From the IMG/VR virus record IMGVR_UViG_3300042400_000593: 64,000 bases of DNA; one strand, written 5' to 3'. Positions within the stretch are counted from its first letter, which is position 1. Each line of letters opens with the position of its first letter. Shown here piece by piece: positions 35,428-46,000 of this stretch. The notes below the pieces were generated by a model that worked only from the letters and a program-made list of their open reading frames with translations, made no database searches and was not told where the DNA came from. The position numbers were made by a program, and so were the translations under genes. Source of the stretch: a virus. Taxonomy: Duplodnaviria > Heunggongvirae > Uroviricota > Caudoviricetes.

Positions 35428-36036
35428 TTACGGAATAGCATAACGACCTAAATACTTCACAAATACAGTAGCACCACCGTCATAAGTATAAGCTTCAATA
35501 GCATGATATGCTGAATTGTCAATTTCAATTGCCGGAAATGACGCTTCACGGATAACAACACCAGCATTAGCTGACGATATTGCAGTTAATTCATGTGAAG
35601 ACACACCTAAACCAATTAAATGAACTCTTATAGAAGCGTAAACTCCTCTTGCGTTAACTGGCCAGTTACTAAAACGAAGAGTCGAAGCACGAGCAACTGA
35701 AAATAATTGAAAAACGCCGTTATATAATGATGCTTCGAGTATATTATCTCCAGTATCAGTTAAACTTTGTGAATAAGTAGAACGCACACCGTAAAACTTA
35801 TTATATCCGCCATTTAAAATTACTCCTTCGCCTAAATCACTTGTAACTGCAGTAGCAGTGTCACCAATTGACGATTTTAATACTGCTTTATTTTGCAATT
35901 CTTCAATTTCAACCTTAGCTACTTGTAATGCAGTTTTGATTGCACCGAAGTTATTTCGAAAACCGGCACTATCATTGTCTTGCCCTGCAACCGGATAAAG
36001 GGCGTTGATTGTTGTTGTTGTTATATCACTACTCAT
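35428..36036 (-). CDS. short fibre-like structural protein with conserved fibre N-terminal motif
   Basis: GQDNDSAGFRNNFGAIKTAL parallels GNDGTGDSIRDAFRKVNENF at the N-terminus of the giant fibre gene; 202 aa. Confidence 0.45.
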   Translation of the reverse strand: MSSDITTTTINALYPVAGQDNDSAGFRNNFGAIKTALQVAKVEIEELQNKAVLKSSIGDTATAVTSDLGEGVILNGGYNKFYGVRSTYSQSLTDTGDNILEASLYNGVFQLFSVARASTLRFSNWPVNARGVYASIRVHLIGLGVSSHELTAISSANAGVVIREASFPAIEIDNSAYHAIEAYTYDGGATVFVKYLGRYAIP

Positions 36037-38666
36037 TGGAGGTTCCTATTATTAAATACAATATATTTATCGGAATCTTCACCGATAATTTTGTTTATTA
36101 TAAATCTGTCAACTGTATAATCTACCAGTTTAAAATCAAAATTGCTATTTTTAATGTTTAGCATAACAGTATCTGCACTTCCTACTTTACAAAAACATAA
36201 AGGAACTGCTAATATAAATCCTAGTTCCATTCTAGAATCAGATTGGACAGATCTCATCCATAATGGAAGATAATCCCATTTTATTTCTCCTAGATTTGAA
36301 ATTTGAGATCGCCACGAGTTAACGTTATTTTTATTAGATGATGTTTGATACATTAACGGGTCAATCATTTTAATGTATATTACTTCGTACACTGGAGTTT
36401 TAGTTCCTGGAAGATATGCGGTTGCTTTGTATACATCTTCAAATTGAAACCGTTTAATAGAATTATTAGTTAATGAACTATAATCTGATAATAATTTTGT
36501 TTCAATACCGGCATAAATTAACATTGATAACGAATCCTGAACTCCAAATGAAGTATCGTATGGTCGATATATCGATGATGATGTAAAAATATCCAAGTTG
36601 TTAATAAATTTAGACCAGATATCTCTATGAGTTAGTGTCATAAAAGGTTTAACGTATATATTACTGTAATTAAGCTTATTTGGAGTATCAACTGTTATTA
36701 AAAACTCACGATTTGAAATTCCTAGTTGATATTGATCAGATGCGGCAACTGTAAATTTATACACTCGGTCGATTGTAGTAGTGTTGTTATCAAATGTAGT
36801 ATATTGAGGTAACCGTAAGTCAAATGTTAACAGTCCGACTTTTTTAATTGTATCATTAAATGTTGTAAAATATGCCGGTGTAAATGTTGTTAGATTATTA
36901 TCAAAAATTCGTAACTCTGTTACATTGATTTCAGTTGTATCGTAAAATCTAGTTAGTAACGTATCTGCTTTTAAAATAGATGTTCCGAATGTTGTAAGGC
37001 TTGAATCAAATACGCAGTTATTATTATCAAATGACACATAGTGTATTAATGGATTAGAGTCAAATACTGTAGTGTAATTATCAAAGCTAAGATGATTAGA
37101 ATATTGAGATATCGTTCCGGTAATTTCACCGTCGTATTCTAATTTTAATCCAGGTGGTAATTTCCCATCAACTATCGTATAAACAACAATTGCATTAGAA
37201 AGAGTGGTAGTTGCGTTAATACTTAACACCGAGCTGTATCCTGCATTAATACGTCCTAAGTCAGTTGCGGTGCTCCATTGGATGACACTGTCGATTTCAC
37301 CAATTATATCAACAGTAAACACACGAGAAACACTATTAGTTTCGTCTGTATCGTTATCTCCAATTCGAATTGCTGTTACTGTAAAGTTGTAAGTATTTGT
37401 AATAGCTGATTGTGCAGGAACTCTTCCAAATACATCACCGGTGATACTATCAAAACTCATCCCTAACGGAAGTTCGCTTTTTGTTCCAATAAAGAATCTA
37501 GTACCATTAGCAATATTAACATCTAATGGAGACGACATGGTCAATGTGTATTCAGTTGAATTGCTTATTGATACTTGAGTGACCTGATTGTATATATTAG
37601 ACCCGTTAAATTTTATATAATGGCCGACTTGTGGCGCCTTAGTAGTCGATGTAGTTGATACTGTGTAACTACCAATTCGATTGTCTTGTAACGTTTTTCG
37701 ATTAGCAATTGCAATTGAATTTGCGTTGACTAATTCTAATTTGTAATATATTAGCTTAGTATCAAATACATCTAATACAAATGTAAGGTAATTGTTAGCG
37801 CGATGTGTTCCTAGATTAGACGGAGTAATCCAAACTGGCTGTTGATTATAGGTTACGTCTGCTGTAAAGATATTCGAGTTTGAAATTAACGATTCTGAAT
37901 CAGCTCTAAAATACATTGGATTAATAACATATAATTGAAACTTGCGGTAAGGCGGAGATAATGTATCACCGTCTGTAACTGCAACTACAAAATCGTAAAT
38001 TCTATTAAGAGCTCTAGGCTGAGATATAGTAAAATAATCATATCCAAGACCTGCATAATCATACTTTAAAACATCGTACCCATTTTGTGCTTGTGGGCTT
38101 GCAAAATCGTATGGTCCGACACCATAAAAACCGTGATCATATGATCCGTTTCCTTCTTCAAGCCGTAATGTTGTTACTGAATTAACTTCACCATAAATCA
38201 CTCCGTCAGGTGTAAGCGATAACCCAGGCGGCAATACTCCTTCTGTTATAAAATAAGTTAATGATTGTCCAGCAAGCGTATCAGTATCTATTGCGGTTAG
38301 TTGATAGTTAACAACTGAGTTATCAACTACAAATAATTGTTGGTAAGGTCCAACGTCTAATAACCCTGTAGGTGTTAAAATTACTGGCGCGTCTGCACCG
38401 CTAACAGTAATAGTAAATGTTCTGTCAGCAATTTGATTATTCTTAGTTGCTCTGATACAGAAAGAAAAATCAGTATCTCGAGCAACTTCAAATGGCGACC
38501 CGAGTATATAATCGTTATATAACCATAATCCGCCAGGGAGCTTTCCAGAAATAACTGAATATTTGACCTCGTTATCGGGATTAACAGGTAGTTGTAAATT
38601 AAAATTAGAGCCTTCTTGGAATATACCAAGAGACCCGGATGGTTGTGTCCAAACAGTTAGTGCCAT
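36033..38666 (-). CDS. large virion structural protein (baseplate/fibre-associated; 877 aa) with TFD/FDNN-type repeats
   Basis: ORF track; canonical T4 late box TATAAATA 17 nt upstream; repetitive Thr/Asn/Phe-rich segments. Confidence 0.5.
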   Translation of the reverse strand: MALTVWTQPSGSLGIFQEGSNFNLQLPVNPDNEVKYSVISGKLPGGLWLYNDYILGSPFEVARDTDFSFCIRATKNNQIADRTFTITVSGADAPVILTPTGLLDVGPYQQLFVVDNSVVNYQLTAIDTDTLAGQSLTYFITEGVLPPGLSLTPDGVIYGEVNSVTTLRLEEGNGSYDHGFYGVGPYDFASPQAQNGYDVLKYDYAGLGYDYFTISQPRALNRIYDFVVAVTDGDTLSPPYRKFQLYVINPMYFRADSESLISNSNIFTADVTYNQQPVWITPSNLGTHRANNYLTFVLDVFDTKLIYYKLELVNANSIAIANRKTLQDNRIGSYTVSTTSTTKAPQVGHYIKFNGSNIYNQVTQVSISNSTEYTLTMSSPLDVNIANGTRFFIGTKSELPLGMSFDSITGDVFGRVPAQSAITNTYNFTVTAIRIGDNDTDETNSVSRVFTVDIIGEIDSVIQWSTATDLGRINAGYSSVLSINATTTLSNAIVVYTIVDGKLPPGLKLEYDGEITGTISQYSNHLSFDNYTTVFDSNPLIHYVSFDNNNCVFDSSLTTFGTSILKADTLLTRFYDTTEINVTELRIFDNNLTTFTPAYFTTFNDTIKKVGLLTFDLRLPQYTTFDNNTTTIDRVYKFTVAASDQYQLGISNREFLITVDTPNKLNYSNIYVKPFMTLTHRDIWSKFINNLDIFTSSSIYRPYDTSFGVQDSLSMLIYAGIETKLLSDYSSLTNNSIKRFQFEDVYKATAYLPGTKTPVYEVIYIKMIDPLMYQTSSNKNNVNSWRSQISNLGEIKWDYLPLWMRSVQSDSRMELGFILAVPLCFCKVGSADTVMLNIKNSNFDFKLVDYTVDRFIINKIIGEDSDKYIVFNNRNLQ

Positions 38667-38684
38667 ATTTGTTCTCGTTTGCAG

Positions 38685-38692
38685 TATTTATA
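38685..38692 (-). promoter_or_regulatory. T4-type late promoter box TATAAATA for the 877-aa structural gene
   Basis: Minus strand aatctTATAAATActgcaaacgagaacaaATG; perfect gp55-type consensus 17 nt upstream of the ATG. Confidence 0.55.
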
Positions 38693-38725
38693 AGATTTCT
38701 GTGTGTCTGCTACTCGCCGTAATTA

Positions 38726-38733
38726 TGATAAAT
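38726..38733 (+). promoter_or_regulatory. late promoter-like box GATAAATA for the 485-aa fibre gene
   Basis: tgATAAATAttaaaaagagacttaattATG; 7/8 match to TATAAATA; divergent from the previous box. Confidence 0.45.
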
Positions 38734-38752
38734 ATTAAAAAGAGACTTAATT

Positions 38753-40210
38753 ATGACACATTTATTTACTATTCAAGACAATACCGTTGTTATTGACAAT
38801 TTAGTTGTTTCGCAGATTAATAGCGATATTACTATTAATGGAACTACCATAGCAAACGGTTCGGTTAAGATTACCGGTGATTTACAAACTGCTAATATTA
38901 CAGCAGGAACTTTAAGAGTTAAGGAGTTAATTTCCGAAACTACTGAGTTTGGAAATTGGTCAGCAGCAACATTTAATGAACTTAATGGTAAAGGTATTAC
39001 ATGGACTTGCGACGAAGGCAACACTCAATTAATATATCGAACAGGTAATCGTATTTGGACTTCAAGTAATGTTGATATTGCAGCCGAATCAACTTACATG
39101 ATCGATAGCATTCCGGTGTTAAGTTCGACCACATTAGGACAAAGTATTACTAGAAGTAATCTTAGACAAGTCGGTGCGTTAACTGCATTATCAGTTATTG
39201 GCGCAGCATCGATAGGCGGATTTGCATACTTTGATAATAATACAAACCGATTTGGATTAGGTACATCAGAGCCAAACGCGTCAATTAGCATTGTTGATAA
39301 CAATGTTGAAATTTCATTAGGAAGTCCTGCATATAATTTAGCAACTGTTGGAACATATTCAAATCATGATTTTGCTATTATTACTGATAATACCGCTCGC
39401 ATAACTGTAAAACAATCAGGTGAGGTTCATATTAGTGATGCAATTAGTAAGTCTGGAATTTTGCGAGTATATGGTTCAATATATGCAGATGAAATTGTTA
39501 CAGATACAAGAGTTGCACGTACTTCGTCGTTAGAATTTAACGAAACTAGAGCAGATAGTATATACAATAAAGGTCTAGTATGGAAAACTGAAACTAGTAC
39601 AAGACAACTATTGTTAATCAACAACCCGTCTAGAATATGGTCAAGTGAATCATTTGATTTAGCTGCAGACAAATCATATTATATTAATGGTAGAGAAGTT
39701 ATTACACAAACGGCATTAGGCGATACTATATTAAATTCTAGTTTAGAAACTGTTGGTATTTTAAAAGATTTAACAGTCGATGGCAATATAACAGTAAATG
39801 GTAACTTAAATTTAAATAATCCATTAGTTGTTAACTCTTTAGATTTAAATGAATTAACATCAGCTAGCTCTATATCAATTAAAGCTGCAGAAACTGATGT
39901 ATTTTATGCAAACGAATCTGAAATAATTGTTGGTTCAAAACAACAAAGTCGTCGTCCATTTAAAGTATTTGGGTCAGTATCTATCGGAATTACTAATCCG
40001 GATCCGTCAGTTAGTTTAGCTGTAAATGGAGATGTTAGTTTTAATAATAAAAGATTTATGAATGGTGTGGGAATACCGGTTACTGGTTCGTATGTAAAAG
40101 GAGATATCATATGGAGTGAAAATCCAGTAGAAGATGGTTATGTAGGTTGGGTTTGTATCCGCAGTGGCGCCCCAGGTGAATGGAGACCGTTTGGTGCTTT
40201 AGGAGCATGA
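38753..40210 (+). CDS. tail fibre-like structural protein (485 aa)
   Basis: ORF track; GATAAATA late box upstream; Ser/Thr/Asn/Ile-rich beta-structure composition typical of fibres. Confidence 0.5.
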   Translation: MTHLFTIQDNTVVIDNLVVSQINSDITINGTTIANGSVKITGDLQTANITAGTLRVKELISETTEFGNWSAATFNELNGKGITWTCDEGNTQLIYRTGNRIWTSSNVDIAAESTYMIDSIPVLSSTTLGQSITRSNLRQVGALTALSVIGAASIGGFAYFDNNTNRFGLGTSEPNASISIVDNNVEISLGSPAYNLATVGTYSNHDFAIITDNTARITVKQSGEVHISDAISKSGILRVYGSIYADEIVTDTRVARTSSLEFNETRADSIYNKGLVWKTETSTRQLLLINNPSRIWSSESFDLAADKSYYINGREVITQTALGDTILNSSLETVGILKDLTVDGNITVNGNLNLNNPLVVNSLDLNELTSASSISIKAAETDVFYANESEIIVGSKQQSRRPFKVFGSVSIGITNPDPSVSLAVNGDVSFNNKRFMNGVGIPVTGSYVKGDIIWSENPVEDGYVGWVCIRSGAPGEWRPFGALGA

Positions 40211-40602
40211 TAGAATATGATAACAGAATTAAAATAAAAGATCACACCAACAAGTTAGAGACGATTTATAAACAACGCAGGATGTGGTTATATTCTAGTT
40301 CACTAGTGTATACCGCTGTTATATTTTTAATTTTTGGGTGGAATTATTTAGATGCTATGCATGATAGTAAAATTTGGTGGGTTGTTATTTCATTAAGTTT
40401 ACTAATTAGTGTAAATTGGTGGTATTGGACAATGAAGTCATTATCAGAGTTAGCGAGTAGCATTGATAGTGAATACAAAATATTGTCTGATATAACAGAT
40501 AGCATAGAACAGGTAAAGATAATATTAAAATGTAGAGAAGATAACAACACAATTTGTAACAAATGTCCTGTTGTCGGTGGTTGTTCTAATAACAAGAAGT
40601 AG
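40180..40602 (+). CDS. small membrane protein (140 aa)
   Basis: Two hydrophobic helices (LVYTAVIFLIFGW, WWVVISLSLLISV); C-terminal CNKCPVVGGC. Confidence 0.4.
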   Translation: METVWCFRSMIEYDNRIKIKDHTNKLETIYKQRRMWLYSSSLVYTAVIFLIFGWNYLDAMHDSKIWWVVISLSLLISVNWWYWTMKSLSELASSIDSEYKILSDITDSIEQVKIILKCREDNNTICNKCPVVGGCSNNKK

Positions 40603-40631
40603 TTGACTTCTTGAAGCAATGATTATATAAT
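40603..40631 (+). promoter_or_regulatory. sigma70-consensus promoter for queD (TTGACT-N17-TATAAT)
   Basis: agTTGACTtcttgaagcaatgattaTATAATatagc, 28 nt upstream of ATG 40659. Confidence 0.5.
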
Positions 40632-40658
40632 ATAGCTTTTTAATAGACAGGCAATTAT

Positions 40659-41192
40659 ATGAAATGGGAAATAGATAAAGAGTTTCATTTTGAAATGGGA
40701 CACAGAGTATGGGCACAAAAATTAAATCATGTTGAGTTAAGTATTTCAACTGACTGTGCCTGCAAGCATTTACACGGACACAGCTATTCAATTAAAGTAT
40801 TTTTAGGTTCTGATACGTTAGATCATTCAGAAATGGTTACAGACTTTAAGAATTTAAACTTTATGAAACAATTTGTAGATGATGTGTTAGATCATAAGTT
40901 TATGATTGATATCAATGATCCAAACTTTAAGTTAATTACAGGTAACGAATGGAGCAAAGCCAAACACCCATTTGCAAACTTTACTAACTTAGGAAGTTAC
41001 AACTGGGTTGGATTAACTGAAGGTGAACAATTACATTATAACAGTTTTGTACTAGTAGATTTTGTACCAACTAGTGAAAACATTTGTAAGTATTTGTTTG
41101 AATATGCTCAATCACGTATAGGTGATGTAGCAAAGGTTACTGCAGTTGAGCTGTGGGAAACTCGCAAAAGCCATTGTAGATATACAGGATAA
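40659..41192 (+). CDS. queD: 6-carboxy-5,6,7,8-tetrahydropterin synthase (QueD)
   Basis: EMGHRV ... DCACKHLHGHSY is the QueD Cx3HGH zinc/active-site box (E. coli EAAHRL ... CGRLHGHSF); 177 aa with a C-terminal extension. Confidence 0.75.
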   Translation: MKWEIDKEFHFEMGHRVWAQKLNHVELSISTDCACKHLHGHSYSIKVFLGSDTLDHSEMVTDFKNLNFMKQFVDDVLDHKFMIDINDPNFKLITGNEWSKAKHPFANFTNLGSYNWVGLTEGEQLHYNSFVLVDFVPTSENICKYLFEYAQSRIGDVAKVTAVELWETRKSHCRYTG

Positions 41193-41222
41193 GAAAAAAG
41201 GCAGCGTAAGCTGCCTTTTTTA
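41193..41222. terminator. bidirectional rho-independent terminator between queD (+) and uvdE (-)
   Basis: gaaaaaaGGCAGCgtaaGCTGCCtttttt: perfect 6-bp GC-rich stem, GTAA loop, flanking A-run and T-run. Confidence 0.7.
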
Positions 41223-41226
41223 TTGA

Positions 41227-42222
41227 TTACATAAATTCTTCTTTAAACTGGTCAAACAGTTCAAATGATGCTAGGTTCTTAGCTTTAGATTCCGCCATCA
41301 TGTTACCCCATTCAAGATGTGTTAGTGCCCATCTGTTAATATCTTTATTTGTATAAAAATCACTATGAGCTCGTAATTTACTTTTAGAAGTAGATTCAAG
41401 TAATGTTTCCATAGTTGTCATACCAGTACGAGGTATTAATTCTGATTTTGATTGACTGTAATGGAATGTTGGTCTAACACCTTGCCAACTTTCAAGTACA
41501 CCTTGTATTCTAGGATCAGATGCTTTTATATATTCGCCTGTTTTAATAAAATGATGATGTATATCAAGCACGATACCAACCTTGTCTTTCAAAGCTAACA
41601 ACTCATCTAACCCTTGTTGGTACTCGTCGTTCTCTAATGTTAAGCAGTTACGCAGTTCTGGACTCATTCGTTGCCATGCAGCATCAAAACCTGCTATACC
41701 ACGTCTACCACTAACATGTACATTAATCTTAAAATCTAATTTAGACTGACCGAATCCCATAAATCTTGCCATGTCAGCGTGATATTCAAGTTCTTCCAAA
41801 GATCTAGTAATGACATCATCTCTGTCGCTAGCAATGCACACAAACTGACCAGGATGAAAACTGAGACGAATATTAGAATCTTTAGCATATTGTCCAATCT
41901 TAGATAAGTTTTGTTCGATAATTTTGATTCTTGATGGTTCTTGCCAAAAGCTGCGATATAAATCATGAGTATACATTGGAATAACATCAGACCCGATACG
42001 AACCATACGTAAATGTTCATCTAAAGTACCTACCTTTCTAATAAGATTAGAAGTTGCTGTGAGATTTTGCATAGCAATTTCCCACAGCTTTTTTTCTGCT
42101 ACTTGTTTAGATTGACGACCTAGCCATGCAACTGTAGTTGCTCCCATGTTTAATTCTTTAACATTTTCAAACCCGGTTTTAGTGCTGTCAACATACTTGC
42201 AAGCAAAGCCGATTTTTTTCAC
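41227..42222 (-). CDS. uvsE: UV DNA damage endonuclease (UvdE/UvsE family)
   Basis: Blocks KIGFACKY, VRIGSDVIPM, IRLSFHPGQF, INVHVSG, LTLENDE, VLDIHHHF and PTFHYSQSKSE are collinear with the B. subtilis UvsE blocks RFGFVS, YRFSSSIVPL, LRTSFHPNQF, INIHIGG, MTLENDD, VFDFHHF and PKVHLSSPKSE. Confidence 0.75.
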   Translation of the reverse strand: MKKIGFACKYVDSTKTGFENVKELNMGATTVAWLGRQSKQVAEKKLWEIAMQNLTATSNLIRKVGTLDEHLRMVRIGSDVIPMYTHDLYRSFWQEPSRIKIIEQNLSKIGQYAKDSNIRLSFHPGQFVCIASDRDDVITRSLEELEYHADMARFMGFGQSKLDFKINVHVSGRRGIAGFDAAWQRMSPELRNCLTLENDEYQQGLDELLALKDKVGIVLDIHHHFIKTGEYIKASDPRIQGVLESWQGVRPTFHYSQSKSELIPRTGMTTMETLLESTSKSKLRAHSDFYTNKDINRWALTHLEWGNMMAESKAKNLASFELFDQFKEEFM

Positions 42223-42283
42223 AGTAGCACCTCGTAGTTATTATAAAGTAGTATAATAACATAATTGTGCAAATATTACAATA

Positions 42284-42613
42284 TTATACTTTGTCTTTCT
42301 TAGGACGACCTTTTTTCTTAACCGGTAACGGTTGAACAAGTTGAACAATCTTTGCAGGTTCGGCTTTTTCTGTAGGTTTTTTAGCAGCGGGTTTTTTAGT
42401 AGCAGGTTTAACACCTTTAGCTACAACTGGAGCTTCTACTGGTTTAACTTCTGTTAATTTAGTCACTTTTGGTTTAGCTTTTTTTGGTTTTACCTCTGCT
42501 AAAGCAACTTCTTTAATAACAATACTTTCATTGATGTCGGTATGCACTAGTACTGGAGTAGATTGGTCTTCAGTAGTCTTTCTTTTAAATAACGATTTGA
42601 TAAATTCAAACAT
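42284..42613 (-). CDS. Lys-rich DNA-binding protein with AT-hook (KKKGRPKK)
   Basis: 109 aa; repeated KP-V-KK tracts; GRP core of the AT-hook. Confidence 0.45.
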   Translation of the reverse strand: MFEFIKSLFKRKTTEDQSTPVLVHTDINESIVIKEVALAEVKPKKAKPKVTKLTEVKPVEAPVVAKGVKPATKKPAAKKPTEKAEPAKIVQLVQPLPVKKKGRPKKDKV

Positions 42614-42632
42614 AAAATCTCCTTTCCCATAT

Positions 42633-42920
42633 TTATAATTGGTCTAATGTCTTTAAACTACTAACTGGCATTTCCCATATTTTTCTACGTTCAACACCTT
42701 TGGATTGTGCAAATTGTTTAGCATTACATTTACTACAAACATGATAAAATTGATTAGTTAATCTTGCTGGATCCATTGATCCTTTATCACGATTAAATAT
42801 CCGATTACAATTGTCGCACCTTAATACGATTACAGTTTTTTTTCGAAAGTAAGTGTGAGATTTTCCATATTTACTAATCCTTGTATACTCAGTAGTAACA
42901 TATTCTGTAGAAATAATCAT
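42633..42920 (-). CDS. C4 zinc-ribbon protein (95 aa)
   Basis: CDNCN...CSKCN cysteine pairs. Confidence 0.4.
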   Translation of the reverse strand: MIISTEYVTTEYTRISKYGKSHTYFRKKTVIVLRCDNCNRIFNRDKGSMDPARLTNQFYHVCSKCNAKQFAQSKGVERRKIWEMPVSSLKTLDQL

Positions 42921-42953
42921 ACAGTATTTACGTTAAGATTATAAAATTTATTT

Positions 42954-42961
42954 GATAAATA
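42954..42961 (+). promoter_or_regulatory. late promoter-like box GATAAATA upstream of the giant fibre gene
   Basis: tttGATAAATAccgtatcaaacaacattctcacaAAAGGGGtgacacgtaatATG(43003). Confidence 0.45.
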
Positions 42962-43002
42962 CCGTATCAAACAACATTCTCACAAAAGGGGTGACACGTA
43001 AT

Positions 43003-46000
43003 ATGAAACAAGAAATTAAAATCGGTGTACAGGGTAACGACGGCACCGGTGATAGTATACGCGATGCATTTCGTAAAGTTAACGAAAATTTTAATGAAGT
43101 TTATAGTATATTTGGAGAAGGCCGTATAACATTTTCCGAATTAGCTGATGGTTCTGATTATACAGGAAATCAGCTTATTATGGGCAATGCAGTCGGTGAT
43201 AGCTTAACCGCAAGAACATTAACAGCAGGTGAAAATATTGCTATCGTAGTTAGCAGTTCTGCAGTAACTATTGCTTCTAAAGCATCGCAACTTTCAGAAG
43301 ATACAACACCTCAGATTAAATATCCGTTTAACGTAAATTTAAAAGCAATTGGTCGTGTGCCGGAACCAAGCGAAGCATTAGTAGATGCGTTTAATGCGGC
43401 ATGGATCGAACAAACTACACTTGATCAGTTACCAGTTAACGTTGGTTATGCAAATAAGACTTATCTAGCTGTATATAACGGTGTAATTGGGTATAAAGAT
43501 AGTACCGGTAATGTAATTCAACCATCATTAACTACAGTTGAAGGACATCTTGATACTACTAGTGAATTTTACGATCCAGCATTAACTGGTAATTATTTGT
43601 CAACATCAATAGTACCTCGTAAAGATTTAGTTTATCGAGGCGGTGATACGATGTCAGGGCCGCTTTATTTGAATGATCATCCAAATGAGTTAGCTGGTAT
43701 TGTTGGAACCGCAGATAGATCTGAATATCAAGCTGCTACTTCGTTTTATGTTGATAACAAAACATTTTCTAGTAACGTAAACCTATATGTTACTACAAGT
43801 GGTGATGATTTACAATTAACATCACCGCCAGGTAAAGAAGGAAGATTCTGGAATTATTCATTTAATACTATCAGTGCAGCATTATTACATGCTGAATCGT
43901 TGATTAATGTAGCAAGTCAAGAACCCGGACCGTACACACAACGGGTTTCATATTCACTTGGTCCTAATCGTTATTTTTCAAAAATACAAAAAGTTACATT
44001 AACTGGGGGCAACGCTGCTAATCCGGGATATGTTGCTGCATTTAACTTACTACAAGCAAATAAAGAGTTTATTCAATCAGAAACAATTGCATATATTAAT
44101 AAAAAATATGTTAATTCATTTTCATATGATCATGAAACATTAACTATTAAAATTAACTCGTTATTATCTAATATCGGTGAAGATTTAGTATTAGGTGCAA
44201 CTAGCCCAGATTCAGATACATCGAGTACTAACTATAATTCATATTGGGAAGGTGTAAGTTATATTCATGATAATCTTACTAGTGAAGGGTTAATTCAGTG
44301 GGTTGAAACTGTTAATTTTGTAAGAGATCAGATCATCGACTTTTCGTATAATACAACAGCATTACAAACATATACTGAGCAGATTATTAATGCACTACTA
44401 TATGATATGTTGTTTAAAACAAATTACCTAAGTATCCAAACAGGTATAGCATTTAAAGATGCAAATACTAAAGTAAGTGCTGAACAGTTAGCATCGATGT
44501 TAACAATTAATCCGATTACTATTACTGCAGCAGAGTGCAAAGACGGTAATGTGATATTGTCATTTAATACACAATCGTCTATTTTATTCCCAATAGGAAG
44601 TGAAATTTTACTCAATGCATCGTTTATTAGTAAAACAGTTAGTTCTACACCAGTAACTATTTCGTCATACAACAACGGAGCAGTTGTTTCGTTTAGTGTT
44701 ATTGATTCATCTACTTCATCTGTAACATTATCAAACACTAGTCTTAGCTTAGTTGCTGATAAGTTTACAGTGTCAGGAACAATTGATCGTAAAAATTTAA
44801 TTAATCAATTATTGTTAATTCCTGCAGTAAAATCTCTTCCGACTGAAACAAAAACTCTATGGATTATTTCAAACGTTAACATTATTAAAAATTATATTTT
44901 AAATGATACTTTGCCAACTGTAACTTTTCCAACTCCATCGAATCCGCTAGTTGGTTATAATGTAGTAGGTTATAATTCAGCAAAACAATTATTATTAGAA
45001 AATATTTCATTTATACAAGCAGAAACGTTATCATTTTTAAATTCAGAGTATCCGACTGTAATTTATGATAGAGATTTAATTATTCGAGATGTAAATTATA
45101 TAATTTGGAGTTTAGTATATGATTTAACGTACGGTGGAAACAGTCAAAGTGTATACATCGGTAAACACAATTGGGCCACATTATCTAATTTTGTTAATGC
45201 AGCTGAATTAGAAGCATGGGTTCAATCAATAAGACACATTAATATCTTAGCGCAGTCAATTATTACTAATGTGAAATCAGGAGTTACATATCAACAGTCG
45301 GTAAGACAATATAGAAATGATACATTAACTAATGGTAGTGTTGCTTCTACATCAGTATCTACAAATATTACATTAATTGCAGACATTACATCTGATATTA
45401 ATAATGTGCCTTCGTCAATTACGTATCCAACAATTACAATCGGTGTTACTGAATGGCAATCTGTTTATACTAATACATCAAGAACTATATTTACTACCGG
45501 ATCGACTACATCAACTTCTTGGTTTATGAACAAGTATTATCCAGTTATTGATACAGAAATTAAACAAACTAAAATTATAAAATTGTTTAAAGTTATAACT
45601 GATATTATCGAATCCGGGCAATTTCCGACAACATTGCCAACTTATCCGTTACTGGCTCCGGCTATACGAGTTCATAGTGTATCAACAATTACACCAGCAA
45701 TGACTGCCCAAGCAAGAGATTTATTACCATTATCAGTTATAACTAATATTGCAACAAATACTAATGCGTATGTTCTAACAACCTATTCTTCTATTACGTA
45801 TGATCAAACATTGTTTATTAAAGAATTAAAAAGTTTGTTAATTGCGTTATGCTATGATATAACGTTTGGTGGAACTACTGCATTGTACCGTGCATCTAGT
45901 AAATTTACTAAAATTAGTGTTAATTCTACGGTAATTCAAAACATATTTGAACATGCAAAAACTGTTACAGTTTCTTACATTACTGGTCATATTACAGGTG

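Noticed and set aside
42952-43002. TTG start proposed by the ORF track for the giant fibre gene
   Set aside because: No RBS precedes it. ATG at 43003 has the AAAGGGG RBS and sits at the right distance from the late promoter box, and the conserved fibre N-terminal motif starts right after it.
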